DNA of 51,586 nucleotides, the filler included, from Catajapyx aquilonaris (lineage: Eukaryota): assembly GCA_000934665.2 (NCBI GenBank). It is 3 parts of 3 records of this genome, joined end to end, with 100 filler letters (N's around TTAATTAATTAA, not from the genome) between each part and the next. Parts side by side here need not be neighbours in the genome. Positions count along the whole stretch, not along the records: positions 17,218 to 34,335 come from KZ539629.1; positions 34,436 to 51,586 come from JYFJ02007028.1; 1 more part is not named here. One strand, written 5' to 3'. The position numbers were made by a program, and so were the translations under genes. Below, in pieces: positions 23,141 through 51,586 of the stretch (position 1 is the stretch's first letter; each line of letters begins with the position of its first letter). The notes beneath the pieces were generated by a model. That model saw only the letters and a program-made list of their open reading frames with translations. It searched no databases and was not told the origin of the DNA.

Positions 23141-26100
23141 ATGGCACTACCGACTGCACAGCAAGCCATTGTTTCTGCAGTTCCCGTGCTGGTAATCATA
23201 TTGAGTTACGCTTGGTTTAGGCAGAAAAGAGAGAGCGTCTATTCCCCCGATTCGAGTGTGAAGAGTAGTGCAGGTGATCAGACTAGTACTAACAGGATTA
23301 CTAGGTGCATAACCTTAGAGGACCCAGCCATAATCGAGGCACAGGTCCAGGAGACGGTTGACCCCCTTGGTGGAAGTGGAGTTGGGGAGGAAGAGCCAGT
23401 GTTTGAGATGGCCCGCAAGAAATCCTCAGTGGCTGAAGCCGATGTGAGCAGTCCAGAGGAGAAGAAAAGTGAGGTGGGCAGTGAGGAAGTGAAGGTTATG
23501 GTGGAGCAGGTGGCGTCCCTGCAGATTGAGCCGGAGCCAGCAGAGGCACCCAAAACTGAAGTGATGGAGGCTGTAGCAGTGGAGGAGGTGTCCCCGAGTG
23601 CAACAGCTGAGGCAGCAGACGCAGAGGTTGTGCAGCACCTCAGCACTAGTGCAGCAGCAGCACAGCAACAGCAGCAGGAGGGCGAGGTGGTGGTTACCAG
23701 TGGAGAGTACGACTCTGCCAATCACAGCCCTGCAGACATGATGCTGGCTAGTCCGTCAATGAGCAACTATTCAGATGTTAACAGTGAGGTAAGGTGCCTA
23801 TTGACTTTTGAGTTTCACATCATGATGATATTTCAGGCTTTCAAAATTGGAGTATAGCTATAAACTTGTGTGAAAATGTAAACCGAAGTGCAACAGGCTC
23901 ATGAAAGAATGCACTTTATATTTTGGACCTGTCTTTTTCTGCCTTATGGAGATAGGAGAGTCAGATGAGGCTTTGTGGGGGTGAGCAGAGTGGCTAGTGA
24001 TAATGTCTGGTCCTCACTGACCTACCTCTAATACCAGTGGTGTAGGTGGGTCATACATGATGTTGTGCAATCATTTACTGCGCTCACATCACAGTAGTCT
24101 TGCAGTATGTTCTAAATGATAAGTTATCTTGATATGTGTGAATGGCAATGCCTTTTTTGCAATAATGAAATAGGGAATCGCCATCGGTGTCGCTACTTTC
24201 AACACCCATCAATTAAGCCAGGTAATAGGCAAAACCTTGGGTAAAACATGTATTATTCGTGCAATTCCTTTATCTCTTCCTCCCCATAAAATCTGCCCCG
24301 CTATAAAAATGGGTGTAAATTTCAAGTGACACTGTAGTCTTGAATGGAAATTGTTTAAATTTCCTGTCTTGGGAGCTAGATGGAAGCCTGGTGCTTGAAA
24401 GAATAACTGCCACACCTCGGTTATACCCATTATCCTGTTACTGTGTCCGCTGCCATTTTGCTGATTTGGATCATATGACCAACACCACTGCCGTAGTGAT
24501 CACACAAGGTTGTTGGTGATGAAGCGGAATTGTTACTTTGCAATGCTGATCGAGTCATCCATGTCATAAACAGAATAGTGCAGATGCTCAAATGGTGTGT
24601 TGCCTGCCTGTGGTGGTGGGTCAGAGATGCAGGAGGAATGCAGCTTTTGATATAATCGTTGGAATGAACTGTCACACTGCTATACTACATGCTTATCAGT
24701 AAAGTGACTCGAGTTAATTTTGAATCACGTCATTCAGTGATGAATGTTGGATGTTGTCAGGTGTGAAATTGGAGGTAAATTATGCACACCACTTGCTGAC
24801 GTTGACATCTCTTTGCTCAGTTGTTGCAGCAGAGGCCTGCTTGGGTTATTTAATTGGCATTGCAGTAACTTGGTTAAGTTCTATGTCTTGGAACCACCAT
24901 GTTTCTCCCCAGTGCTTTTCCTGCCTAGCCTCATTATTGTTGGTTTTCTGCAGGGCTCCAGTGACAGTGGGAAAGGCGGTAGTGACATTCAGACCAGCAG
25001 CCTCGACAGTGAGCTGCGCACCACTACCCCTCCTTACACTGAGCCCGAGGTGGAGGCAGAGGAGACTGAGGAGTGCTACACCCCCATGATATACGAGTTC
25101 ATATTCCCACAGTCATTGGTCGGAAAGCTAATTGGACGCCACGGCTCATTTGTGAACCAGATCAAATCGAAGACACAGGCCACAATTTTGGTCAAACGTC
25201 ATCCAGAAACGACCAAGCTGAAGGTGGTGGCAGTTGAGGGAACCAGGCAGGAGATAGAGGCTGCCCTTGACATGATTCGGTCCAAGTTCCCACCTAAGCG
25301 GTTTCCAGGGATCTCCTTGGAGGCTGTCAACATCGCCCCACCCATATGCCCAGTCAACCTTTCTCCAGAATCTATTCGTCTGGTGGAAGGGGTCAGCAAC
25401 GATGTCATGCTGACCAGTGTCGTCAGTGCAGGACACTTCTTCCTGCAGCAGCCCACACACCCAACCTACCCAAACCTGGGCAGGCTTGACGCTTGCATGA
25501 ACTCATGCTATTTACAGTCACAGGCACCTGAGCTCCCAAGGCCTGTCACAGGTACTTACGAGTTGTCTTGTACACAATGTGGAATTAAACTTGGTGTTAG
25601 GGATTGGGTGAGGGCTGATATGAATGTATGTGTGTATTGTAGCTGTGACATGGGCAAATTTATGAGTGTTTTGCAACTGTAATGTGCATGTGGTTTTGTC
25701 AGCATGATCATTTCAGTGGGCCCGTTGCAGCATATTAGGGATACTGTGACCACGATTCTGCTATAAGGACACGAGGGATTTTGTGGTGAAAGGCAAGAGA
25801 TATTGGAGATCATCCTTGAAGACTTGTTATGAAATGCGTGCCAGGTTTTAATTGTTTGTTGATCCGTACCTGATATTTTCATCAAAACACTTGTAATTTA
25901 TTTTCTTATTTACTGCAACTCTCCATTGCATCATCATGTCAAAATTGCATTGAGTTATTCTCTTGGCAATTATGTGGATGTTGAAATGGAATGTTGAAGT
26001 GAAATGCCGGCTGCTGCGCAATTTAAACAAAGGAAACGTTCTTTGCTTAAATTTCAGAGATTTCGCCCAAAAAATGAAGACACGCTCCAGTAATCATAAG

Positions 26101-28237
26101 AAACAGGTATTGATGTTGGGTTGCAGCCTGACCACTCCATTGGCAGCATTGTTTGTTTTAATTAATGAAAACTAGTGCACATTACTGCCATCTGCTCATG
26201 GAGGCCCTGTAAAGTGTAGGTTGGGTATGCAGCATTTGAGACTGGGATGGAAATTATGTTGTTCCATCCCTACTTGCCTGCATTTCCATAAGACAAGTGA
26301 GTCATCCGACTATAAGCAATTCATAGGGGTTGCATGCATTAAATTCTACATGTCTGATATTGACGCAATAATTGCACAACAGTTAGTGCGCCATACCAGG
26401 AAGTTTTAGGGACTACAACTAGCTTATTAATTTTATTCCATACCTTAATGGGAACGATATTGGGTAAGCATTCAATGAATCAAAATATCGGAATTGTGCA
26501 GTGGTATTCAGAGCCCTGTTGTCGTATTTCCAATATGACAAAATTGCGAGTCTTACTTTGAGTAGGAAAGTGTAACCGAGATGGAGATTTTGCTACAAGT
26601 CACCACAGATTTCCTGGAACTCTGATGATGTGTCTGCCACAGTGCAGGTATGCTGTAGTGGGTGTCAAGTTCCATGACGTGCACTGCTTCATGTGCATAT
26701 TGGAGCAGAAACTTCCGTGGTATTCCAGTGAAATTGGTGGAAGTCTTACAACATGAATAATCCTTTCTCAAAGTCACCTGCAGGTGTGACCAGTTTTGCA
26801 CCTGATGGTGGCTTTGAAAGAACATCGAAATACTGGAGGAGAAAGAAAACAGGTGCATGTGTGGCAAGGGCATGGTGGTCACCAAATCCATTATATTGGC
26901 TTTAGGTACGCCAGCGAGCATCAAGTTGGAGACCCTGCCTGCCTTCTCTTAATTTTTCTTTATACGACTCAAATTAATGGACTCTCTTTGGACCAAGCTT
27001 GCTGCTTCAGGCGTGTGTTCGTGTATTTATAACAGGATGTTTGATAGGGTAATATAGCAGAGATTGGCAGAGCACCCTGCTGAAGGTGAGGGTCTGTTGT
27101 CTCCCAACTTTATGCTGGCGGATGTACATTTCCAAATTGCATATTTCCTCCAGTGTCACGTACTTGCCATGTCAGGGACAATTAGCTACTGTTACATCAC
27201 TATCAGAAGTCCTCCACAGAAACTTGACAGTAATTGTGTAGGAAAGGTAGTTTCTTTCTAGTAACTGGGCAATGCCATACATAACCACATAACAGATTTA
27301 ACAATATCGTAGGTGATCTCAATGGAACGAGTGCATCATTTTGAATATTGCGGGCCCGGAAAGGTTTGAGAGACCGTAAAGTGCACAGCGTAAATGTTAC
27401 AGAATTCTCCCTCGTGACCTTATAGGGTTGGTGAAAAGCAAGTTGCTGGAATGAGTAAATGGTGTCAGTGTCAGTCCAGGTGAAGAGTACTAACAAACCC
27501 TATTGACCTTTCCAGCCGGAGTTATGTGTGCTGCTCCCCTGGTGGAGCGAGGATGGTTCCGTGCAGAGGTAATAGGATACATGCCCGAGACAGATGAATG
27601 TGACGTTCGCTTTGTAGACTACGGCGGGTACATGCGCCTATCAGCGAGCCAGCTCAGGCAGATTCGATCAGACTTCATAAACCTGCCTTTCCAGTGCTGT
27701 GAATGCTTCTTGGCAGGAGTTGTACCCATAAATGGTGAGGGTCCAAGAGAGAGTGCCAACTCTTTCTAGGTATTGCACATGTTCTGGCAACTCACTTGAT
27801 GCACTTTCAGAGTCGGAGGGATGGTCATTGGAGGCCAATACCCTGTTTGAGGAGCTCTGTCAGGGCCAGGTCCTGCAGGCGTATGTGGTTGGTTATGCTC
27901 TCGAAGGCTACCCTCTGCTCCAGCTCTACAGTCTGGACGGAAGCAATGTAAGTGCTTATGTGGGGGTCTTGCTTTCATTGGCCTGCTCTCATGTGCTGGC
28001 AGGTGACTATACTTGTGTCCAGAAACTATTGCTATTGGTCGAGTTTCCACGACAGTCACTTAAGTTTTCGGAAGCAAAGAAGGGCAGAAACAAACCAGTC
28101 ACCTGCCTGTGGATGACAATGGGCACAGTGGGACAGAAGTCGATTTAACAACTGATTTCTTGCCGTTGCAGAGCACTTGCGTAAATAAGGAGCTGGTTGA
28201 CCGAGGTTTTGCCAAGCTGGTGGAGTCGGAGCAGTAA
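23141..28237 (+). CDS. AKAP1: AKAP1/spoonbill-type KH- and Tudor-domain protein, 5 coding exons, about 555 aa
   Basis: Exons 23141-23788, 24954-25551, 27516-27734, 27811-27947, 28172-28237 join in frame (1668 nt). N-terminal hydrophobic anchor ending WFRQKR, conserved SE|GSSDSGKGGS, KH domain (VGKLIGRHGSFV), FFLQQPTHPTYP, Tudor domain (WFRAEV..VRFVDYGGY..LRQIRSDF) and VNKELVDRGFA. Confidence 0.92.
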
Positions 28238-30191
28238 GAGTGTTGTTTTCTCCTCATCCTTTGGGATGGTTTTTGTGCCCCTTCCCCCAGCCACCTTCCT
28301 CAACATCACATCCCAGGAAATGATTTTTTATTTTCCTTGCGTTGTTGACAAGTTTGCTGCTGTGATAATTGTGAAGGATTTATTTTGCGTTCACCAGCAG
28401 TAGTATCATGTTGTGATATCATTCTCTTCTCTCTGCTACATTTATTTTTGGATGACCGCGTTATTATTTACTGACTATCTTTTTACAATTGGAAATTGAG
28501 TTTAGTAGGGAGAAGCTAGTCTATCAGTTGTTTTTTTTTTTTTTGCGGAATGGGATCATTGAGTAGAAGTCAAATTCGCAGGTTAAAACTTTGTTTTGAA
28601 AAATTTTCGAATTAAGCGGCAAGAGGAGAAAATAATCATGATTGCAAATTGCTCAGCTGGTTTTTTTGCCGGTTAAGTGTAGAACATGACATGCTTTACG
28701 TTTTCATTGATCCCAAGTATTTATGAAGGAACTCCCCCTGCCTATTGCCCTCATCCATCAGAAGTTTTTCCGGATGTTAGTTTAGATATTACAAGATTGA
28801 TAAGGGGAGGCAAGTCATGTGAATGTTGTCCTTTTTGTGTCATCATATACGGATGAGCGTATTCTTTCCTTTTTGGAAAAATAGTGTCTAGCTGTTTAAT
28901 GTTTAGACAGGACTGGTTCTTCGTTACATTTTTCTTGTGTATCGTCATGCGTGGAACATCAAGCAGCTTGAAAAATAATATCGTAATGTCAAAAAAAAGG
29001 TAGGGTATTAACTGTTAATAATTCAAGTAGTTTTGAATTGCTGAGGCTTCCAGGTTAAGTTTATTTTGTGCGCCGTTGCAGTGCACTTTAGCTGTTGATG
29101 TTTCCCCCCCCCTCGGAAAAAAATCGTGTGTTTGACCCCCCAACAAACAATTTTTACAGACTTTGAAATACTGTACTTGACCAACCTTTGGTGAATTTGC
29201 ATGCAAAGTATGAAAAAAAATCATGGCAGAGAAAATATGTTTTCAAACCCATAGTGTTCGACCAACGTCTTACACTGAAATTCCCCGCCTTCATTCCCAT
29301 GACACTTTCAATCATGTCACTCTAGTAAAACATGCCCGTCTTTTTGTACATAAAGTACATGTATATATTTTTGGTTCCAATGTATTTCATTATCATGTGA
29401 TACGGATGTCCCGCGCTTCTCTTACTGTATACAGATACCTCCTGCACAACTAGTTGTAGACAGGTTTTTCTTTTTTGGTTGGATGAAAATATTTGATTGT
29501 ACAAAATGCAAAAGACCCAATAAAACAATTTAAGCAACCAAAAACCAATTTGGTGTCCTTTCTGGTGCACTTTTTATTTCTTTTTTTCTCTTTGTACAAT
29601 TCACCTGCTGGCAGTCAGAATTGTCAAAACAAACAAAATTCCAATGGCAAATGTTTCTCTCGACTATTCACATTCACACGAACAACTTCAGTATGACATT
29701 ATGCCAAGGGTACACTTTTTTTTTTCTTCAAGTTTTCCCTTGAGATTGTAACCCACCACAAAAAAGAATTAAAAAGAAAGGATTTATTTATTCTTCCATT
29801 TTGAAGATATAATTATCTACTCTCCTGTGTATTTTTTTTTTAGATTGTAATTTGTATTTCTTCTCTTGATTTTTTTTTTCATGTCTAGCACCTACTGAGG
29901 AAGAGATAATTTTCTGGGAGGATAACAGGGAATGAAATTGCATCCAGTCGCCACTTACACTTTTTTGTTCACTTCTCTAACAGGACAATATTGCAATCGA
30001 GAGGAAAGATTGTTTGGGAAAGGAAGGGCTGGTCAAAATAACAAATTAACACACACACACACGCACGCACATCACACCCAAGAGTATAGCTTATTTTTTT
30101 TATGTATATTCTTATGCTGCCAATGCACAAATGGTAAATATATGTACGGTTGATACATACATGAAACAGGAAAGGTTTGGGGGGGGGGGGG

Positions 30192-30221
30192 NNNNNNNNN
30201 NNNNNNNNNNNNNNNNNNNNN
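30192..30221. other. Small internal assembly gap in a poly-G run
   Basis: 30 N flanked by G homopolymers. Confidence 0.95.
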
Positions 30222-30555
30222 GGGGGGGGGACCTCCATAAAGCATTTGGGGGGGGAGGGGGGGAGATGTAAAAGATGGGGGGGGGAAGTAAATTCAATAA
30301 ACCAGCAGCGAATCTCAAAAACAAAATTAGAGGGAGGAAAGGTACAGCTACCAGAATCAAGTAGTGATAAATTTACACTTCCTACCCCAAGAAAGTGGCA
30401 CATCTTAAATAGTACTAAAAAAGGGAGGGGAAAAAATATAGGAGGGTACGAGTGACAAGTGTCATGGGTGATCATGGGGAACAGGGTGGGGGGGAAAAAT
30501 GATAAAGAATTAAAAAAAAAATGTGGGAGGGGGGAGATAGAATCACCGCAATAAT

Positions 30556-32788
<2,233 letters not shown>

Positions 32789-34335
32789 ATTTTGGTCCTC
32801 AATCTTGAAGCCGTTTCTTGGGGTCTTCTCGGGCGCAAAAGTTCTTCCTCCTCTTTCCTCCTTTCACTCCCACTCAGCTTTTTTTTTCCCTTTTTCCAAG
32901 AGGGGGGAACCCCTACTTGTGCCCCTTCCTTTTCTTTCTCTCTCTCTTTCACACTCCCTTTTATTCTCTCTCTCTTATTTTCTCTCTCCAACTTCTTCTT
33001 GCTTCTGTTCTTGGGCTGAAGCAGGCACATGTGGGGGGATATCAAGTATAAACAAAGACAAAAAGGAAAAAATAAATGCAGATTTGGGGGTGCCTCAGTC
33101 TCTCTCATCTTTTTTTTTTTTTTTTTTGCATATACAAAAATAAAAAATATGTGGGGGAGCAAAGGAACTAAAATTCTTTTAATACTTTTTTTTTGCTCTT
33201 GTATCGATGAGGAACGGCCTAAGAAAAAAGTCAAAAAGGAAAAGGAAACATTAATGCGTGACTTGCCATTACCCCTTCCAAGATGGGTAGGGAGGCTCAA
33301 GTCAAATCAAAAGCAAATGGAAAAAAATATGGATCGAAAACAATGATGGCAAAAGAAACGTACTTTTTGACAACTGGGGATTGAGACCATAAAACCACTA
33401 GCTATAAGCTAATAGCAACAAACACTGGACACCTCTCGTCAAGAAATCAATGGGACTGTGTCATTGGCCACGTGACACCTGAATCCACTAGTGAGTGGAC
33501 AAACCTGCACTTACAGAAAGCACACACTTTATGTCAGACGAGGCAAACCAGAATTGCGCACCTTCTTGCTTCACATGTTTTCCCCCTTTCATTCACGCTG
33601 CAATACAATGCAAAAATGAAGGCATGCCTGATAAATCCCAGGTCTTCCATCCAGTAGCTTCCGAGAATCATTGCGAACCAATTCCCAGGAAGGATACTGA
33701 ATAAACCATGTAAGTGCAAGAGGCTTTTGAGTTGATCTTGTTGTGAATATAATAATTATGGCAAGCCAATAATTATATCCATGCTGTTCCAAAAAACCAC
33801 AATGAAGCAGCACAGCAATGGAGATAAAAAGACCTGCAAGATTACTGGGCAGTACATTGCCCCGTCTTATCAACCTTGTGCCTATTAAACCATGGCCGAC
33901 CTGGGCTTGTACAACTCCCAATAAGTTTGAAAAATGGCAAAATCTGTGGTAAATAAATAACACAAAGCCAATGGAACTGCCTAATGTCGCCATGACCACA
34001 TATTTGTTTTGATTCAACTGCACAAGCCATTCTATGGTTACGAGAAAGCACCGCTTGATGTCAACTGCGGGCAGCACCTAGCCAACAATTGCCCAAGCGC
34101 AATCCAGCTGTGTTTGTCTCACCAAGTTCAGTGCTCCCAGTGCACGAACCTTCCCTGGCACCCATGGGCAAACCTGGTGTCAATTCTGGTTTCCCACCAT
34201 TAGCTCCTCCCCCAAAAAATTCGCAAAATGCCCCCACCATTTTCCCCGTCCCTCCCTCTCCACCCCTGTTGCGGGCCCCCCGCCCCTCCGCGTCGCCCTT
34301 CCCCTGCCCCCGATCAGGGAAGCCAGGGCTACCCT

Positions 34336-34435
34336 NNNNNNNNNNNNNNNNNNNNNNNNNNNNNNNNNNNNNNNNNNNNTTAATTAATTAANNNNNNNNN
34401 NNNNNNNNNNNNNNNNNNNNNNNNNNNNNNNNNNN
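34336..34435. other. Artificial contig spacer
   Basis: 44 N + TTAATTAATTAA + 44 N. Confidence 0.97.
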
Positions 34436-34947
34436 CCTGAGATTTTTTTCTATGTGAGGGAAAGGGTCTGAGCTACAACATTATTTAAAAATCGGATTTT
34501 TAAATTAGGCGGATTTTTTTAAAAAAAAATTTAAAATTTTGAAAATGGGACAAAATTTTCAAAAAAGTTAAAATACAAATTTTCAATCCTTAGTGAGATT
34601 GGGCTCTCGAATCTCTTCAAAGGGAGCCGTCTACGACGTCTGTAGCTCAATTGGTTCACGAGATATGACCGATTTCTGAAACCCTACCTTCCGAAAATGA
34701 CGTTTTTTTCGGTGGGCCTATCTCCGGGGAGGGGGGGTAAATCTCGAAACCGCGCAAATGGTATTTTTGAAAGACGTAATTAAAGCGATTCGCCGATTTT
34801 CGTCAACATCTGACAACCCAAGGGTCAGGGGGCTCGGTGAATTGACATGGAATGACCCAGTGGCCAGGTGTTACCTAGAGTGACTGAAACACATGCTTAC
34901 AGAAAATTATGGTTCCAGGACAGATGCTCCAAAAAAAAAGGTTCTTA

Positions 34948-49787
<14,840 letters not shown>

Positions 49788-49994
49788 TCATTTACTAGTA
49801 GGCATCTTGCATTGTGCATATCAGTTTCAATGCTGAGAGTATGGAAATTCCATTAATACTCTAATCAGCTGCAGTTCTGTTACGAGATCACACAATTTTG
49901 ATGCTATCATTGATAAGACCATCTCAACAATATCCACAAATATACATGCAGAAGTGATTAATAAATGTGTCACGTTTTCCAAAATCAGCTCTTG

Positions 49995-50340
49995 TAAGAG
50001 GTCTGATCAAAAAGTATCCGACCTTAGGCCGGAAAAAAAAGTATGACACATACTAAGTTGGGACTCAAACTCCAAGCAGGTCTCTTGCGACTTGACACAC
50101 TTACCCTAACATTACTTCCATTGTTGGAAACACTTTTCAAATACCATTTTTCGTACTGGCAACAGGTGTTTCATCACATTTGACATGATCTCTTCCTTGC
50201 TTTCAAATCGGAAACCTTGAGTAGAATCTTCAGCTTAGAAGACAGCCTGAAGTCTTATGGAATCATGTCGAGGAAGTAGGGATCGTATCTGACCTGGGTA
50301 ATTTTGTGCTAGACCAAAAAGGCCTGAATGAAGTGCAATG
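49995..50340 (-). pseudogene. Degenerate mariner element (3' end of transposase plus TIR-like end)
   Basis: Minus-strand translation with stops and a frameshift: PYFLDMIP*DFRLSSKLK...FRFESKEEIM...FEKCFQQWK*C*GKCVKSQ, matching the mariner C-terminus. TA-AGAGGTCTGATCAAAAAGTATCCG end. Confidence 0.7.
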
Positions 50341-50691
50341 AGTGGGAACAATTGGGAGTAACCCTGTCCATGCCAAAATCTTCAAAGTTCGTTGAGCTGA
50401 CCCGAAAACATTCCAAGGTAAGTTCTAATTTATCTTAATGGTTAATTGATGATCTTCCATTGCCAAGGCATGGACTTTCTGGATAATTCAAGGCTTCCTG
50501 CTTGTTGACAGCTTGCTAGAATGCTTGGTCATTATAATTTTGAGCCATATTTTAACCCTGTACTGCACACATTTAGGATTGTGGAAAGAAAAAAAATCTA
50601 ACGCCTTTTTCTCATCATATGCGACGTAAGGATGGTTTTTATTATGTTTTGGTCATCTCTGACCCAATGACTTTGAAGTTACACCGGGTGA

Positions 50692-50973
50692 ACCGAAGCA
50701 GGTTGGCATAGTGGATAAGGCGTCCGACTGCTAATCGGGAGGTCCTGGGTTCGAATCCCGGGGCCGGCAACTCTGACCGTGGTTTTCTGTGGTTTCCCAC
50801 GGTCCTTCCAGGGAAATTCCGGAGTTGCTTTCGTAATTAATAGGCCACAGCCGCTTCCTTCCATCCCTATCCATCCCAAAGAGCACAGTAAAAATGAAAA
50901 GCAAAGAGTTCCAGGCAAAACAAACTTCCCCCCTAAAGAGCCGATGGTTGATAATGGGGTATGAATTATTATT
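50692..50973 (+). mobile_element. tRNA-derived SINE (second family) with 16-bp TSD
   Basis: AAGTTACACCGGGTGA at 50676-50691 and 50974-50989. A box TGGCATAGTGG, B box GGTTCGAATCC, (ATT)n tail. Confidence 0.88.
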
Positions 50974-51586
50974 AAGTTACACCGGGTGAGTCAAAAGTCA
51001 TGGCGAGTATTTTTTTATTCAAAAATGGTAACACATACAGAGAAGACCTTTGCTAAGTTTTGAAGGTCCGGTGATTACAATTTCATCTGATAAATAGATG
51101 GCATCCACATCGCAAAGGGGACCAGAAAACTAAAGGTGATCATAACCCCCACCCTTCCACCGTCTCATGCAGCTCGGGGTGGGGGGTCACGATCCCCATT
51201 CCTTTACCGGCTCCCCTTGAGATCTCGGGGCCAAACTGTCCAAACTTTAATCGCCGGGCCTTTAAAACGTAGTAATGGTCATATCTGTACATGTTTCCGT
51301 TTTCGAATAAAAATAGTACAATGACTTAGGACTAAAACCTCAAGCAATATTGTGCCTGCGCCGCCAAAAAGTTGTGATGAAATTGTGCTGGCAAAATTAG
51401 AATGGCCTCAAATGGCGACGAGAGAGCTACTCTTGCAGTGTTACACATGCAATTGGATATTTAATATCTGCACCTATATCTAATCAGCTCCAGAAACAAT
51501 TGCTGCTTCAGCAAATTCGAATTTCGCGCCATTTTCAACGACCTTGGCTCCTCTCCGCTTCATACCATATCCCGATCGTAACATTG

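Noticed and set aside
34050..34125. Minus-strand VRQTQLDCAWAIV...AVDIK, faintly like the missing MRP exon (VGQRQLVCLARAL...AVDLE)
   Set aside because: Contains a stop, has the wrong spacing and no splice signals, and lies across an artificial spacer. Probably coincidence.

Overview
Eukaryotic, intron-rich animal DNA, most likely arthropod. This rests on the Sex-lethal and spoonbill/AKAP1 orthologues, many 50-80 nt introns and CpG-depleted gene bodies; the species cannot be determined from sequence alone. The window is three segments of nearly equal length (17,117, 17,118 and 17,151 bp) joined by artificial N44-TTAATTAATTAA-N44 spacers, so adjacency across the spacers should not be trusted. 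Segment 1 has a complete 9-exon HRI-like eIF2-alpha kinase (minus) head-to-head with 3-exon COPS8 (plus), a cluster of foldback/MITE, SINE and Helitron-like elements, and the first two exons of an unrecognised secreted protein. Segment 2 has spoonbill/AKAP1 (plus) convergent with a compact Sex-lethal orthologue (minus). Segment 3 has about 26 exons of an ABCC1/MRP1-type transporter (minus) with both ends missing and many intronic transposon relics. The best discovery candidate is largely invisible to the ORF track: a five-exon, all-phase-1, stop-free spliced reading frame at 154-1160 (minus), just downstream of HRI and apparently built from tandem duplications of HRI's first exons. All gene models were derived by hand from splice signals and protein recognition; no database searches were run.
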